A stretch of DNA of 34,367 nucleotides, taken from positions 1 through 34,367 of the forward strand of contig JBFRWI010000120.1 in NCBI GenBank assembly GCA_051439505.1. The letters run 5' to 3'. Below the pieces are notes generated by a model. That model saw nothing but the letters and a program-made list of their open reading frames with translations. It did not search any database and was not told the DNA's origin. The translations under genes were made by a program, and so were the position numbers. Below, one piece after another: positions 9,299 to 18,547 of this stretch (position 1 is the stretch's first letter; each line of letters opens with the position of its first letter). This stretch comes from Hormoscilla sp. (GTDB lineage Bacteria; Cyanobacteriota; Cyanobacteriia; Cyanobacteriales; Desertifilaceae).

Positions 9299-9318
9299 CC
9301 CCACCCTTAAGGGTGGGG
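9299..9318. terminator. 20-bp perfect palindrome between convergent genes
   Basis: CCCCACCCTTAAGGGTGGGG between the PLD stop and the GT-C stop. Confidence 0.55.
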
Positions 9319-9328
9319 GCGCGGTTCG

Positions 9329-11278
9329 TTATTCTCGGACATATACGATAACTTCGCCATTGCCTTTTGAGAAATCTTTTGACCAATAGCGATTGTAAAT
9401 ATCCGACTGAATAACTAGGTCTGGTTCTGGTGGATCTATTTTATCCTGAACCGAGACTATCGCGCAGGCGGGCGATCGCGTTGCCCGAAAGCGATCGGCT
9501 GTTGCTGCGGATTCATTGGTCACTTGCACGTGTTGAATCAGGATCTTTTCTCCATCTCGATCGAATAGCATCCAGAAGGGATATTCATACCATATTTTAT
9601 TTCCAGTTAAACCGATCGTAGAGCAGTTTAGCGAGTTGGTAATATTAACTGCTTCTATGTAGGAATCCTGCAACCCTTGCTTAGTGCTAAAGTAATGGTC
9701 AACTCGCGTTGTGGTAAAGATATTATTCTTGCCCACTAGGGGTTTCAGCTTATTATGCAAAACCCAGGGAGAGGATAGTAAGAGGATAATCACCGCTAAA
9801 AAACTGGTAATTCGATAATTCCAGCCTCGGGAAAAGACCACCCCCACAAAGGCGGAAAACATCACGAACAGGGGTAAATGCAGTCTACAGCGCCAGGGAG
9901 ACCAAGTAAATAGGAAGCAGAACAGCAGAAAGCTAGCTGATAATGCCACCAGATAACCGAGTAGATAGGGCCGCCTTCTCAGTCTCGGGTTGGCGATCGC
10001 CAAACTCGCCCCTAGCACAATTAACAGGAAATGCAGGGGATTTCCTGCCGTATCTTCATAGGTTGATAGGGACGAGACATAAAATCGATTAGCTTTTGCG
10101 CTCATCAACCGAGGATCGCTAGGGTCTAAGCCCAAAATGAAATGCAGGATTTCAATTAATTTATTGGTAATTCCGGTAGTGGGAGGAATTATTTTTTCCA
10201 AGGCGAGATTTCTGACGATATCCGTGTGGACGGATAGTTGTTTCGCGACGTTGCCAATCAAAATTGACAGGCCGAACGCCTGATTAGTTTCTGAGGCTAG
10301 AGGAACCCCGAGGGGAGAATTAAAAAGGAGGAAATTGCGCGTGTAGTGACCGCCATTAATGGCTAAAAATATCAAAGTTATAGCCAGAAAAGGTTTCCAA
10401 GCTTGCCATCCCAGCTTTTTAATGCCCCAGAATGCTAGCCAAAGACAAAATGGCAAGGCGTAAACATAGGCCGTACCTTTGGTTAAAACTGCTAGCCCGA
10501 GACTTATTCCTAATCTGGAACTGTTGGCAATGGTGGTTCCTTCTTTGACTGTCAGGAGGGTAAAGTAGGCAAAACAGACTAACCAGAAGGCCACGGCATA
10601 GTCATTTTGAGTGCTGGCACCTTGCAGCATGCCCATGGGAATGGTAGCACAGATAACTGTGGCGAGCACTTGACCCCGTTGATTGCCTCCCAGTTGCCGG
10701 GCAATCAGCGATACTCCCACCAGAGAACCCACCATACTCCCCCATTGTACCAGGTTGGCCAGGCGATCGCCCCCTGTCAGAATCTGAAAATGCAAAATCG
10801 CAAATTCCGATCCGGGATTTTGGTAGAGTTGCTTGAGAGTATGAGTGGGGTAATGAGCCACGCTATGATTTTGCATCCATTGTACTACCCGGCTCATGTG
10901 ATAGCGCATGGAATCGGGGTTGTTAGGGGCACTCATCACGGCGAGAAAACCTATGCAGAGGACAATCAGCCCCACGCCGATTAATAAAAAAGCTGAAAAT
11001 GCTGATAACTTCGACCTCTTCTTTTTCCTGGCCTGGGGCTGTTGGTGGCGGTAATGCCGGAAGTAAGCCACTATTAACAGGACATCTGTTAATAACCACA
11101 AGGCCATCACCCCTTCAAATCTGAGTAGTTGCAACAGACTGAGTCCCTCAGTCATCGCTGTCAAAATGACTCCCCATCCTAATAAGGCCGAGAGGAATGA
11201 GTCGCGCCAATCATGATTTTGACTTTCAATAATCAGCCAGATAAAGATTAGCGAAATCAAAGGCAACAAACTAAACAT
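9329..11278 (-). CDS. GT-C fold membrane glycosyltransferase (ArnT/PMT-like)
   Basis: Many TM helices; PNNPDSMRYH loop, STQNDY and LAVLTKGT motifs typical of ArnT-like cyanobacterial proteins. Confidence 0.8.
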   Translation of the reverse strand: MFSLLPLISLIFIWLIIESQNHDWRDSFLSALLGWGVILTAMTEGLSLLQLLRFEGVMALWLLTDVLLIVAYFRHYRHQQPQARKKKRSKLSAFSAFLLIGVGLIVLCIGFLAVMSAPNNPDSMRYHMSRVVQWMQNHSVAHYPTHTLKQLYQNPGSEFAILHFQILTGGDRLANLVQWGSMVGSLVGVSLIARQLGGNQRGQVLATVICATIPMGMLQGASTQNDYAVAFWLVCFAYFTLLTVKEGTTIANSSRLGISLGLAVLTKGTAYVYALPFCLWLAFWGIKKLGWQAWKPFLAITLIFLAINGGHYTRNFLLFNSPLGVPLASETNQAFGLSILIGNVAKQLSVHTDIVRNLALEKIIPPTTGITNKLIEILHFILGLDPSDPRLMSAKANRFYVSSLSTYEDTAGNPLHFLLIVLGASLAIANPRLRRRPYLLGYLVALSASFLLFCFLFTWSPWRCRLHLPLFVMFSAFVGVVFSRGWNYRITSFLAVIILLLSSPWVLHNKLKPLVGKNNIFTTTRVDHYFSTKQGLQDSYIEAVNITNSLNCSTIGLTGNKIWYEYPFWMLFDRDGEKILIQHVQVTNESAATADRFRATRSPACAIVSVQDKIDPPEPDLVIQSDIYNRYWSKDFSKGNGEVIVYVRE

Positions 11279-11289
11279 ATTTACCTCTT

Positions 11290-13620
11290 TTAGGCTGGCA
11301 AGATAATTAAAGCCATGACAAATATTGCAATCGCAGCCACTGTTTTGATCTGTGACTTGCGCCCTGGTAACTTTCTCTCCAAAGGCAAGAAACTGATGGT
11401 CACATAACTAACTAAACCCATTATTGCAGCAACTATCAGTTTGTTGAAATGCTTCTGGTACATAGAGTAAACGATCGCCAGACGAGTGGGCAGATTGTAC
11501 TGGTCCGTTTCCGTTTCCAGGATGGCAATTTTTGACCAGTTGTTACCGCCATCTGTTGACTTAAACAATTCTGCCTCTGCGGCACCCAAACCATAAATGG
11601 TCCGATCGCTGGCGTAGGCGGGGGAAAACTGAATTGGCGCTGATGCCGAGGGAACGCTAGTCATCCTCGATAAGGAAATCGATCCGTCACCGATCTGAGT
11701 AAAGCTTTTACCAGCATCAACTGTCTTAAACAATCCCCTGCCTTTGACAGTAATAATAAAGGTGCGATCGCTTTGATAATTGGGCGATATGGCCACACCT
11801 TCTATATACCCATCTCCACCGTATGCGGCCCCTGGTAACTTTTCCCAAGTTTTACCAGCATCTTCCGTTGCAAACATACCATTCTCCGTACCGACCAGGA
11901 CCGTTCGATCCTGTTGATAGTTAGGCGATATTGCTAACTTGATGTTTTTTCTGTCCGCCAAGGCCGTACCCTCGGCGATCGCCTGCCAGGTTTTGCCTCC
12001 ATCCACTGTCTTGTATACTCCTTCCCAACCCGACACATATAAGGTTTGGTCATTGGCAAAATCTGGGGAGATTACTAACCCTAGGGGCAGATTCGTCTTT
12101 CGCTTCTCTATTTTACCCACCACCGAGAACTTCTTGCCCCCGTTTTTTGACCGATAAATTACCCCCTGGATCGTACCTAAATAAATCGTCCGATCCTCGG
12201 CATAATTCGGTGAAGTCGCGATCGTCATACCACGGGTAGCATAGCCCTTTACCTTTTTCAAGTCTATTATCTCCCAATTGGTACCTCCATCTGTAGACCT
12301 TAAGAAATTATTCCATAATAAGGTGGCAAAGATCGTCTTGTCCTCTGCATAGGTCGGAGAAAAGGCCACATCGAAGAAACGTCGCGGATCCTGATAGGGT
12401 TTAGTAAAATTTTTCGTAAACAGGGGCACCTCTAATCCTTTGTTCTTCGCTGTCCAGGTCTCCCCACCGTCCTTGCTGGTGCGCACCCTGCCCACATAAT
12501 CCGCGATCGCGATCGTGCCATCTTCCCCGTAAGCAGGGGATATCCCAAGACTGACGATCGTTCTGTGCGACAAGGTATCCAGTTCTTGCCAAACCCCACC
12601 CCCATCTGTCGATTTAAATAGCCCGTTAAATCCAGCTAAAAATAATGTTTGACTTTGCCCAAATTGACCTCCTATTTTGACTTCCTGAAAATGAAAAGTC
12701 TTAAATTCATCCGCTTGTTTATCTTTAGTTAAACCCCCACTGCGTTTACTCCAACTTTTGCCGCCATCATTTGACTGAAAAACTCCTTCATGCCAGGTGA
12801 CTGCCAACAAATTATTTTCTTTCCCAGGTAATATTACTACATCTCTCACCAATTTATCTGATAAACCATTATTTGCCGAAGCAAAAGATTTCCCTCCATC
12901 TATCGTTTGCCAAATTCCACCCTTTTCCGTGCCGACAAATATCCTCCTTTCATTCTGGGGCGAAACTGCTATCGCTGTAATCCCCCCATTCTTCTCGGAC
13001 ATTCCCGACTTTTCTTGCCAAACTGCGCCTCCATCTTCGGAAACATAGAGTTTTCCTTCATTATCCCCCACCATCATCTGGTCGGCAGACCCCATAAACG
13101 CGATCGCCGTTATTTTACTCTTCCCTGCCAGCACTTGGGACCAAGTTTCACCGCCATTTTTAGTTTGATAGAGTCCCTGCTTATGGCCCGCTGCTAATAC
13201 TACCTCCGGTGTCTCGGAGGCGATCGAGAGTAAATCTATCGATAATGTCTCTAATCCTTTGTTAACCTTTTGCCATGACTCCCCGCCATCGCGCGACTTA
13301 TATATCCCATCCCCTAATGATGACAAAAACATGTTTTCATAACCTTGACCAGCTATAGCTAAGGACGATAAATTCGATTTGTTATCCAAACCTCTCACCA
13401 CCCTTAACCAGGAGGAACCTCCATCTGTCGATTTGAATAGGTTACCCCTAACGAGAATGAATAAAGTTTGGTCTTGGCTATAGTTGCCAGATACTTCTAC
13501 TTGGTCTATCCGGTCATGGGGTCTGTGAGCCATAGCACTCTCGCCGCCTAGGAATAAGGCGATCGCCACCATCAGTAACAATACAATTACATACTTATGT
13601 ATCAAGGGATGTTTTTTCAT
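11290..13620 (-). CDS. Exported BNR/Asp-box repeat beta-propeller protein with C-terminal membrane anchor
   Basis: Signal peptide (…ESAMA/HRPHD), more than 10 S/T-x-D-G-G-x-x-W Asp-box repeats, two C-terminal hydrophobic helices. Confidence 0.85.
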   Translation of the reverse strand: MKKHPLIHKYVIVLLLMVAIALFLGGESAMAHRPHDRIDQVEVSGNYSQDQTLFILVRGNLFKSTDGGSSWLRVVRGLDNKSNLSSLAIAGQGYENMFLSSLGDGIYKSRDGGESWQKVNKGLETLSIDLLSIASETPEVVLAAGHKQGLYQTKNGGETWSQVLAGKSKITAIAFMGSADQMMVGDNEGKLYVSEDGGAVWQEKSGMSEKNGGITAIAVSPQNERRIFVGTEKGGIWQTIDGGKSFASANNGLSDKLVRDVVILPGKENNLLAVTWHEGVFQSNDGGKSWSKRSGGLTKDKQADEFKTFHFQEVKIGGQFGQSQTLFLAGFNGLFKSTDGGGVWQELDTLSHRTIVSLGISPAYGEDGTIAIADYVGRVRTSKDGGETWTAKNKGLEVPLFTKNFTKPYQDPRRFFDVAFSPTYAEDKTIFATLLWNNFLRSTDGGTNWEIIDLKKVKGYATRGMTIATSPNYAEDRTIYLGTIQGVIYRSKNGGKKFSVVGKIEKRKTNLPLGLVISPDFANDQTLYVSGWEGVYKTVDGGKTWQAIAEGTALADRKNIKLAISPNYQQDRTVLVGTENGMFATEDAGKTWEKLPGAAYGGDGYIEGVAISPNYQSDRTFIITVKGRGLFKTVDAGKSFTQIGDGSISLSRMTSVPSASAPIQFSPAYASDRTIYGLGAAEAELFKSTDGGNNWSKIAILETETDQYNLPTRLAIVYSMYQKHFNKLIVAAIMGLVSYVTISFLPLERKLPGRKSQIKTVAAIAIFVMALIILPA

Positions 13621-13621
13621 C

Positions 13622-13687
13622 GTCAGCTGTTAGTGGTCAGTTGTTAGCGGTCGGTTGTTAGTGGTCAGTTGCTCGTTGTCAGTTGTC
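13622..13687. repeat. 7-bp short tandem repeats (STRR-like)
   Basis: About 9 alternating GTCAGTT/GTTAGTG units. Confidence 0.8.
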
Positions 13688-13843
13688 CGCGAGCTTTTAC
13701 GAGCTTATCGGGCTAGTCCTGGTTTTGTCAAGGGTCGTTAATAAAACTTAATAATCCGAGGGGATCTCTTCACTCCTACCGGCGGCAGTTGCGCAATTCC
13801 TGAGTTTGGGCTATAATATAGGTGCCCCGACCGACTAGACTCT

Positions 13844-14479
13844 ATGAACTATCTGGCCCATTTATTCTTAGCAGGACCAGATCCGGATTCGCGGATCGGC
13901 AACCTGTTGGGTGACTTTGTCAAGGGCCCCCTGTCAGCATCTGCCAGCTGTTACAGTGAAGGTATCGTCGCCGGGATAAAACTCCATCGTCAAATTGATG
14001 CCTTCACCGATACCCACAGAATTTATCGGGAAAGTAAAAGGCGGCTCTACTCAGGGCAGGGACGGTTCTCTGGTATAATTGTCGATATCTGCTACGACCA
14101 TTTTCTCGCTAACCATTGGCCGAAATTCTCAGAATGCCAACTCTCAGATTTTGTAGTGGATATTTATGGTTTACTGGAGTCCCATCAACAAATTTTACCG
14201 ACCAGGTTGCAACAGGTACTCCCCAAAATGATCGCTGAAGATTGGTTGGGGTCTTACAAAACCTTGTCCGGCCTGAATTTAACCTTTGCCCGCCTGGCCC
14301 GACGCTTGCAGCGAGAAAATCATCTCCCTACTGCTGTTGACGATATCGCCAACAATTATGGGGAGCTGGAGTCTGATTTTTTGAGTTTTTTTCCCGAGGC
14401 GATCGGTTATACTAGGAGTATCACGGTCCGCAAAATGTATCCAGTAACCCATGATGCTGAGTCAAGTAAAACAAGTTAG
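13844..14479 (+). CDS. acpH: Acyl carrier protein phosphodiesterase (AcpH family)
   Basis: MNYLAHLFLA, GNLLGDFVKG, LHRQIDAFTDTH and DICYDHFLA motifs. Confidence 0.88.
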   Translation: MNYLAHLFLAGPDPDSRIGNLLGDFVKGPLSASASCYSEGIVAGIKLHRQIDAFTDTHRIYRESKRRLYSGQGRFSGIIVDICYDHFLANHWPKFSECQLSDFVVDIYGLLESHQQILPTRLQQVLPKMIAEDWLGSYKTLSGLNLTFARLARRLQRENHLPTAVDDIANNYGELESDFLSFFPEAIGYTRSITVRKMYPVTHDAESSKTS

Positions 14480-15932
14480 AGATTGGAAAGCTTACGTCAA
14501 AGAGTTTGAACGTGCGATCGGCAAGCGGGGGGTAGTGCAGCGCAAAGAAGAGTTGCTGACCTACGAATGTGACGGGTTGACTAGCTATCGCCAACGGCCA
14601 AAAGTGGTGCTATTGCCCCGCAGCACTGCCGAAGTGGCAGCGGTCGTCAAAATATGCGATCGCCACCAACTGCCCTGGGTAGCACGGGGGGCAGGGACTG
14701 GTTTATCCGGGGGTGCCTTACCCGTGGAAGATTCAGTATTAATTTGCACAGCAATGATGCGGCAAATTCTGAACATCGACTTGGAAAACCAACAGGTAGT
14801 CGTCCAACCCGCTGTCATCAATAACTGGGTAACCCAAGCAGTCAGCGGTGCGGGTTTTTACTACGCCCCGGACCCTTCCAGTCAAATTATCTGCTCCATT
14901 GGTGGTAATGTAGCGGAAAACTCTGGAGGCGTCCATTGCTTCAAATATGGAGTTACCACCAATCACGTGCTGGGATTAAAATTAGTCCTGCCCGATGGTT
15001 CCGTAGTCGATGTGGGCGGCGAAGTTCCCGAACAACCCGGTTACGACTTAACCGGACTATTTGTAGGTTCTGAAGGCACCTTGGGTATTGCCACAGAAAT
15101 CCGCCTGCGGATTATCAAGCAAGCAGAAGCAATTCGCGTCCTGTTAGCAGATTTTACCAGTATAGAAGCAGCGGGGGCAGCGGTGTCCGATATTGTCAGT
15201 GCGGGAATTATTCCAGCGGGCATGGAGATGATGGACAACTTCAGTATCAATGCCGTGGAAGATGTGGCCGCTACTAACTGCTATCCCCGGGACGCTGTTG
15301 CCATTCTCCTGGTAGAAATAGATGGTTTAGAAGTAGAAGTCGCTGCTAATACCGATCGCATCAGTGCGATTTGCCGTCAAAATGGGGCCCGGGAGATTAC
15401 AGTTGCTACGGACCCCGAAAAACGCGCTTTACTTTGGAAAGGACGGAAAGCTGCTTTTGCGGCCATGGGTCGTATTAGTCCGGATTATTACGTCCAAGAT
15501 GGGGTGATACCCCGCAGTCAGCTGCCCTACGTGCTACAAGAGATTGAGAATTTAAGCCAAAAACACGGCTATCCCGTAGCGAATGTGTTTCACGCCGGGG
15601 ATGGGAATCTGCATCCCCTGGTTCTTTATGATAATTCCCTGCCGGGGGCATTAGAAAAAGTGGAAGAATTAGGAGGAGAAATCCTCAAGCTTTGTGTAGC
15701 AGTAGGGGGCAGCATTTCGGGAGAACATGGTATTGGTGCTGATAAACGCTGTTATATGCCCGAACTGTTCGCGGAAGCAGATTTAGAAACCATGCAATGG
15801 GTCCGTCAGGTGTTTAATCCCAAAGATTTGGCAAATCCTGGTAAAATATTCCCGACTCCCCGTACCTGTGGGGAAGCTGCTAAGGCGAAGCAGGAGATGG
15901 CCAGACAGTTTGAGGGTGTAGAAGTATTTTGA
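14451..15932 (+). CDS. glcD: Glycolate oxidase/dehydrogenase subunit GlcD
   Basis: RGAGTGLSGGA, PDPSSQ, GGVHCFKYGVT, HAGDGNLHP, GEHGIG and NPGKIFP motifs. Confidence 0.95.
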   Translation: MMLSQVKQVRDWKAYVKEFERAIGKRGVVQRKEELLTYECDGLTSYRQRPKVVLLPRSTAEVAAVVKICDRHQLPWVARGAGTGLSGGALPVEDSVLICTAMMRQILNIDLENQQVVVQPAVINNWVTQAVSGAGFYYAPDPSSQIICSIGGNVAENSGGVHCFKYGVTTNHVLGLKLVLPDGSVVDVGGEVPEQPGYDLTGLFVGSEGTLGIATEIRLRIIKQAEAIRVLLADFTSIEAAGAAVSDIVSAGIIPAGMEMMDNFSINAVEDVAATNCYPRDAVAILLVEIDGLEVEVAANTDRISAICRQNGAREITVATDPEKRALLWKGRKAAFAAMGRISPDYYVQDGVIPRSQLPYVLQEIENLSQKHGYPVANVFHAGDGNLHPLVLYDNSLPGALEKVEELGGEILKLCVAVGGSISGEHGIGADKRCYMPELFAEADLETMQWVRQVFNPKDLANPGKIFPTPRTCGEAAKAKQEMARQFEGVEVF

Positions 15933-15982
15933 TTCTTACCACATAGATGAATGGCACTGACTTAAGGAACAAAGTTGTTAAT

Positions 15983-16125
15983 GTCATTGCGAGGGGGGGC
16001 GCCTTGCGAGAAATCATCCCTTATGCATTAGCATCCCCCCCCCCGTTAGCGCAGCGGCTGCGCTAACGGGGGGGTTAACTCATAAAGTATAAGTTAACCG
16101 CTACGTTCCCCCCCCTCGCAATGAC
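15983..16125. mobile_element. MITE-like palindromic element, GTCATTGCGAG family (copy 1)
   Basis: Terminal inverted repeats GTCATTGCGAGGGGGG…CCCCCCTCGCAATGAC and internal hairpin C7-GTTAGCGCAGC-G-GCTGCGCTAAC-G7 (16038-16074). Related copy at 24616-24850. Confidence 0.8.
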
Positions 16126-16241
16126 TTCTAGGAGATTTCAGCTTAAAATTGAGAAACCTGGTAATTCCCGAGTTACCGGGTTTCACCGACCAGGTGCTAT
16201 AATAGGATCGGTCTTACTCCCAGGATGTAAATGGTCAAGAT

Positions 16242-18443
16242 ATGAGTCAGCAGCGCAAAGAAGGGGAAGAATGGCGGCCTCGTCATGTTTTAATTCTGTT
16301 TACCATTGGCGTGACAACGGCGATAGTGAGTGCAACTGCTTATTTCAGCTATCGAGTGGTGCGGGGCTTGATAGAGAATAATTTGCACCGAAATGCTTTG
16401 TTGCAAGTTCGGCAAGGGGCTGCGAAAATAGATGGGTGGTTAGCTGTACGCAAGGCGGAGGTGGAGGCGATCGCCCACGTTCGAGCAGTCCAAAGTTTGA
16501 ATTGGTCAGTAGCTTCACCATACTTACAACGGGAAGTAGCTCGGATCAGATCGTTGCAGATGCTGGCCCTAGTGAAAGCAGATGGTTCCTACTATAGTAC
16601 CAACATGGATTTTGAAGGGCAGAATTATCAAGCAGAACCAGAAAATTTACCCAGAGAGATGGGAGAAAATACGGTGGTATCAGATCCGATAATTTCCCAG
16701 TTGACAGGGTTGGCAGAAGTGAATATATCTACTCCGATAAGGTCAAGTATACTATTAAATAGCCCCGGGAGCCAACTGGTTGGGGAAGTTTCTCTAGACC
16801 ACCTGTGGGAGGTAATCTCTGAAATCAGTTTTGGCAAGGAAAGTTACGCTTTTGCACTTAATTCCCAAGCAGAACCGATCGTCCATCCTCATCAAAATGC
16901 CATGGGAACGAGCTTTTTGCAGGCCAAAGAGGATATACAGACAATTGGGATGGGGGCCAAGCAGCAGAGTAACATGGAACTGATGCAACTGGATGGAGAT
17001 TGGGTTTATGTCGCCTATGGGAAGCTGAGGGAAGCTAACTGGTCGATCGTTTTAATCATCAGTCGCCAAGATTTGGACCGGGAACTGCTGCCACTCAATT
17101 TATTGGCCCTAGTGGTAGGAGTGCTGCTAGCAGTGGCCATGTCCGTGGCCGTCCATCTACTGCTATCCTCTGAGGAAACTCGCGCGATCGCCGAACAAGA
17201 AGCTTTGTTGAATGGCCTGACCGATCGCATTCGTGCTTCCTTAGAACTGGATAAAATTCTGCAAACAACGGTGGATGAAGTAGGAAACCTGCTAAATCTA
17301 GAAGCGGTAGCTTTTGGTTGGGATGAACCAGGACAGAAAACCTGGGAAATTCATTGCAGTTACAATCAGGAGATGTCTGGAATTAATTCTGAGGAACAAA
17401 CTCCTATTCTAACTGCTGCGTCCACCTCGGAGAAAAATGGCTATTTAACTCTCCCTGTGAAAACTCAAGACGAAAGGCTGGGTTATCTGATCTGTAGCGA
17501 TAGTAAACGAAAATTATGGAGTCAGCCAGAGCGGAAATTGTTGCAAGCAGTTGCGGATCAATTGGCGATCGCCATCAACCAATCTCGCCTTTACAGCCAA
17601 ACCCAGCAGCAAGTCATGCTTCTTGATGAAGCGATCAGAGAATTAGGTAGAACTCAGGCCCATTTGGTGCAGAGCGAGAAAATGTCTAGTTTAGGTCAAA
17701 TGATCGCCGGCATCGCTCACGAAATCAATAACCCAGTTAACTTTATTTATGGGAATATTACTCCAGCTACGCAATATACTCAAGAACTTCTGGATTTAAT
17801 TCAACTCTATGGCCAGCATTATCCGGAACCCGTGCCGGAAATTCAAGAGCAAATAGAGAGCATAGAGTTAGATTATCTAATTGAAGATGTGCAGAAAATT
17901 ATGACTTCTATGAAAATGGGAGCGGAAAGGATTCGCGATATCGTCCTGTCTTTGCGTAATTTCTCTCGCCTGGATGAATCAGACCAAAAATCAGTGGATA
18001 TCCATCAAGGGATAGATAATACTTTACTGTTACAGCAACATAATATTAAAGATCGCATAGAGGTAGTCAAGCAATACGGTAAGCTGCCGAAAATCGCCTG
18101 CTATCCCGCAAAACTGAATCAGGTGTTTATGAACTTGATCGGTAATGCGATCGATGCTTTAAGGGAGATAGAAACAAAAAGACTTACCATCAAAACATCA
18201 GTGGTGGAAAAGGAAAAGAAGAAATATGCCCGGGTGGCGATCGCGGACAATGGTCCGGGCATTTCCGAGGAGATAAAAAGTCAAATATATGACCCGTTTT
18301 TTACGACCAAACCAGTAGGAAAAGGCACGGGTTTAGGCTTGACAATCAGTTATCAGATTATCACGGAGGTGCATAATGGTAAAATTAGTTGCGAAACTCC
18401 CGCTGAGGGGGGAACGATTTTTGTGGTGGAAATACCAATTTAG
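16242..18443 (+). CDS. Membrane sensor histidine kinase (Cache-type periplasmic domain, short GAF, HisKA, HATPase)
   Basis: Two TM helices; IRASLELDKILQTTV…LAIAINQS GAF borders; H-box AGIAHEINNPVNF; LNQVFMNLIGNAIDA, DNGPG, DPFFTTK and GTGLGL motifs. Confidence 0.93.
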   Translation: MSQQRKEGEEWRPRHVLILFTIGVTTAIVSATAYFSYRVVRGLIENNLHRNALLQVRQGAAKIDGWLAVRKAEVEAIAHVRAVQSLNWSVASPYLQREVARIRSLQMLALVKADGSYYSTNMDFEGQNYQAEPENLPREMGENTVVSDPIISQLTGLAEVNISTPIRSSILLNSPGSQLVGEVSLDHLWEVISEISFGKESYAFALNSQAEPIVHPHQNAMGTSFLQAKEDIQTIGMGAKQQSNMELMQLDGDWVYVAYGKLREANWSIVLIISRQDLDRELLPLNLLALVVGVLLAVAMSVAVHLLLSSEETRAIAEQEALLNGLTDRIRASLELDKILQTTVDEVGNLLNLEAVAFGWDEPGQKTWEIHCSYNQEMSGINSEEQTPILTAASTSEKNGYLTLPVKTQDERLGYLICSDSKRKLWSQPERKLLQAVADQLAIAINQSRLYSQTQQQVMLLDEAIRELGRTQAHLVQSEKMSSLGQMIAGIAHEINNPVNFIYGNITPATQYTQELLDLIQLYGQHYPEPVPEIQEQIESIELDYLIEDVQKIMTSMKMGAERIRDIVLSLRNFSRLDESDQKSVDIHQGIDNTLLLQQHNIKDRIEVVKQYGKLPKIACYPAKLNQVFMNLIGNAIDALREIETKRLTIKTSVVEKEKKKYARVAIADNGPGISEEIKSQIYDPFFTTKPVGKGTGLGLTISYQIITEVHNGKISCETPAEGGTIFVVEIPI

Positions 18444-18454
18444 GTTGTGAATGG

Positions 18455-18538
18455 AGAATTGAAAGTGGAAAATTGAGCAGGTAGAGTTGACAATTGACAA
18501 TGATTGATGGAAAATGGATAATAAACAATAGTAAATGA
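18455..18538. repeat. Degenerate 7-bp tandem repeats (STRR-like)
   Basis: AGAATTG/AAAGTGG/AAAATTG/ACAATTG-type units between the kinase and glcE. Confidence 0.55.
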
Positions 18539-18547
18539 GCGGAAAAA

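Noticed and set aside
9299..9318. IS200/IS605 end hairpin
   Set aside because: The shape is similar, but there is no tnpA/tnpB or second end; its position between convergent genes fits a terminator.
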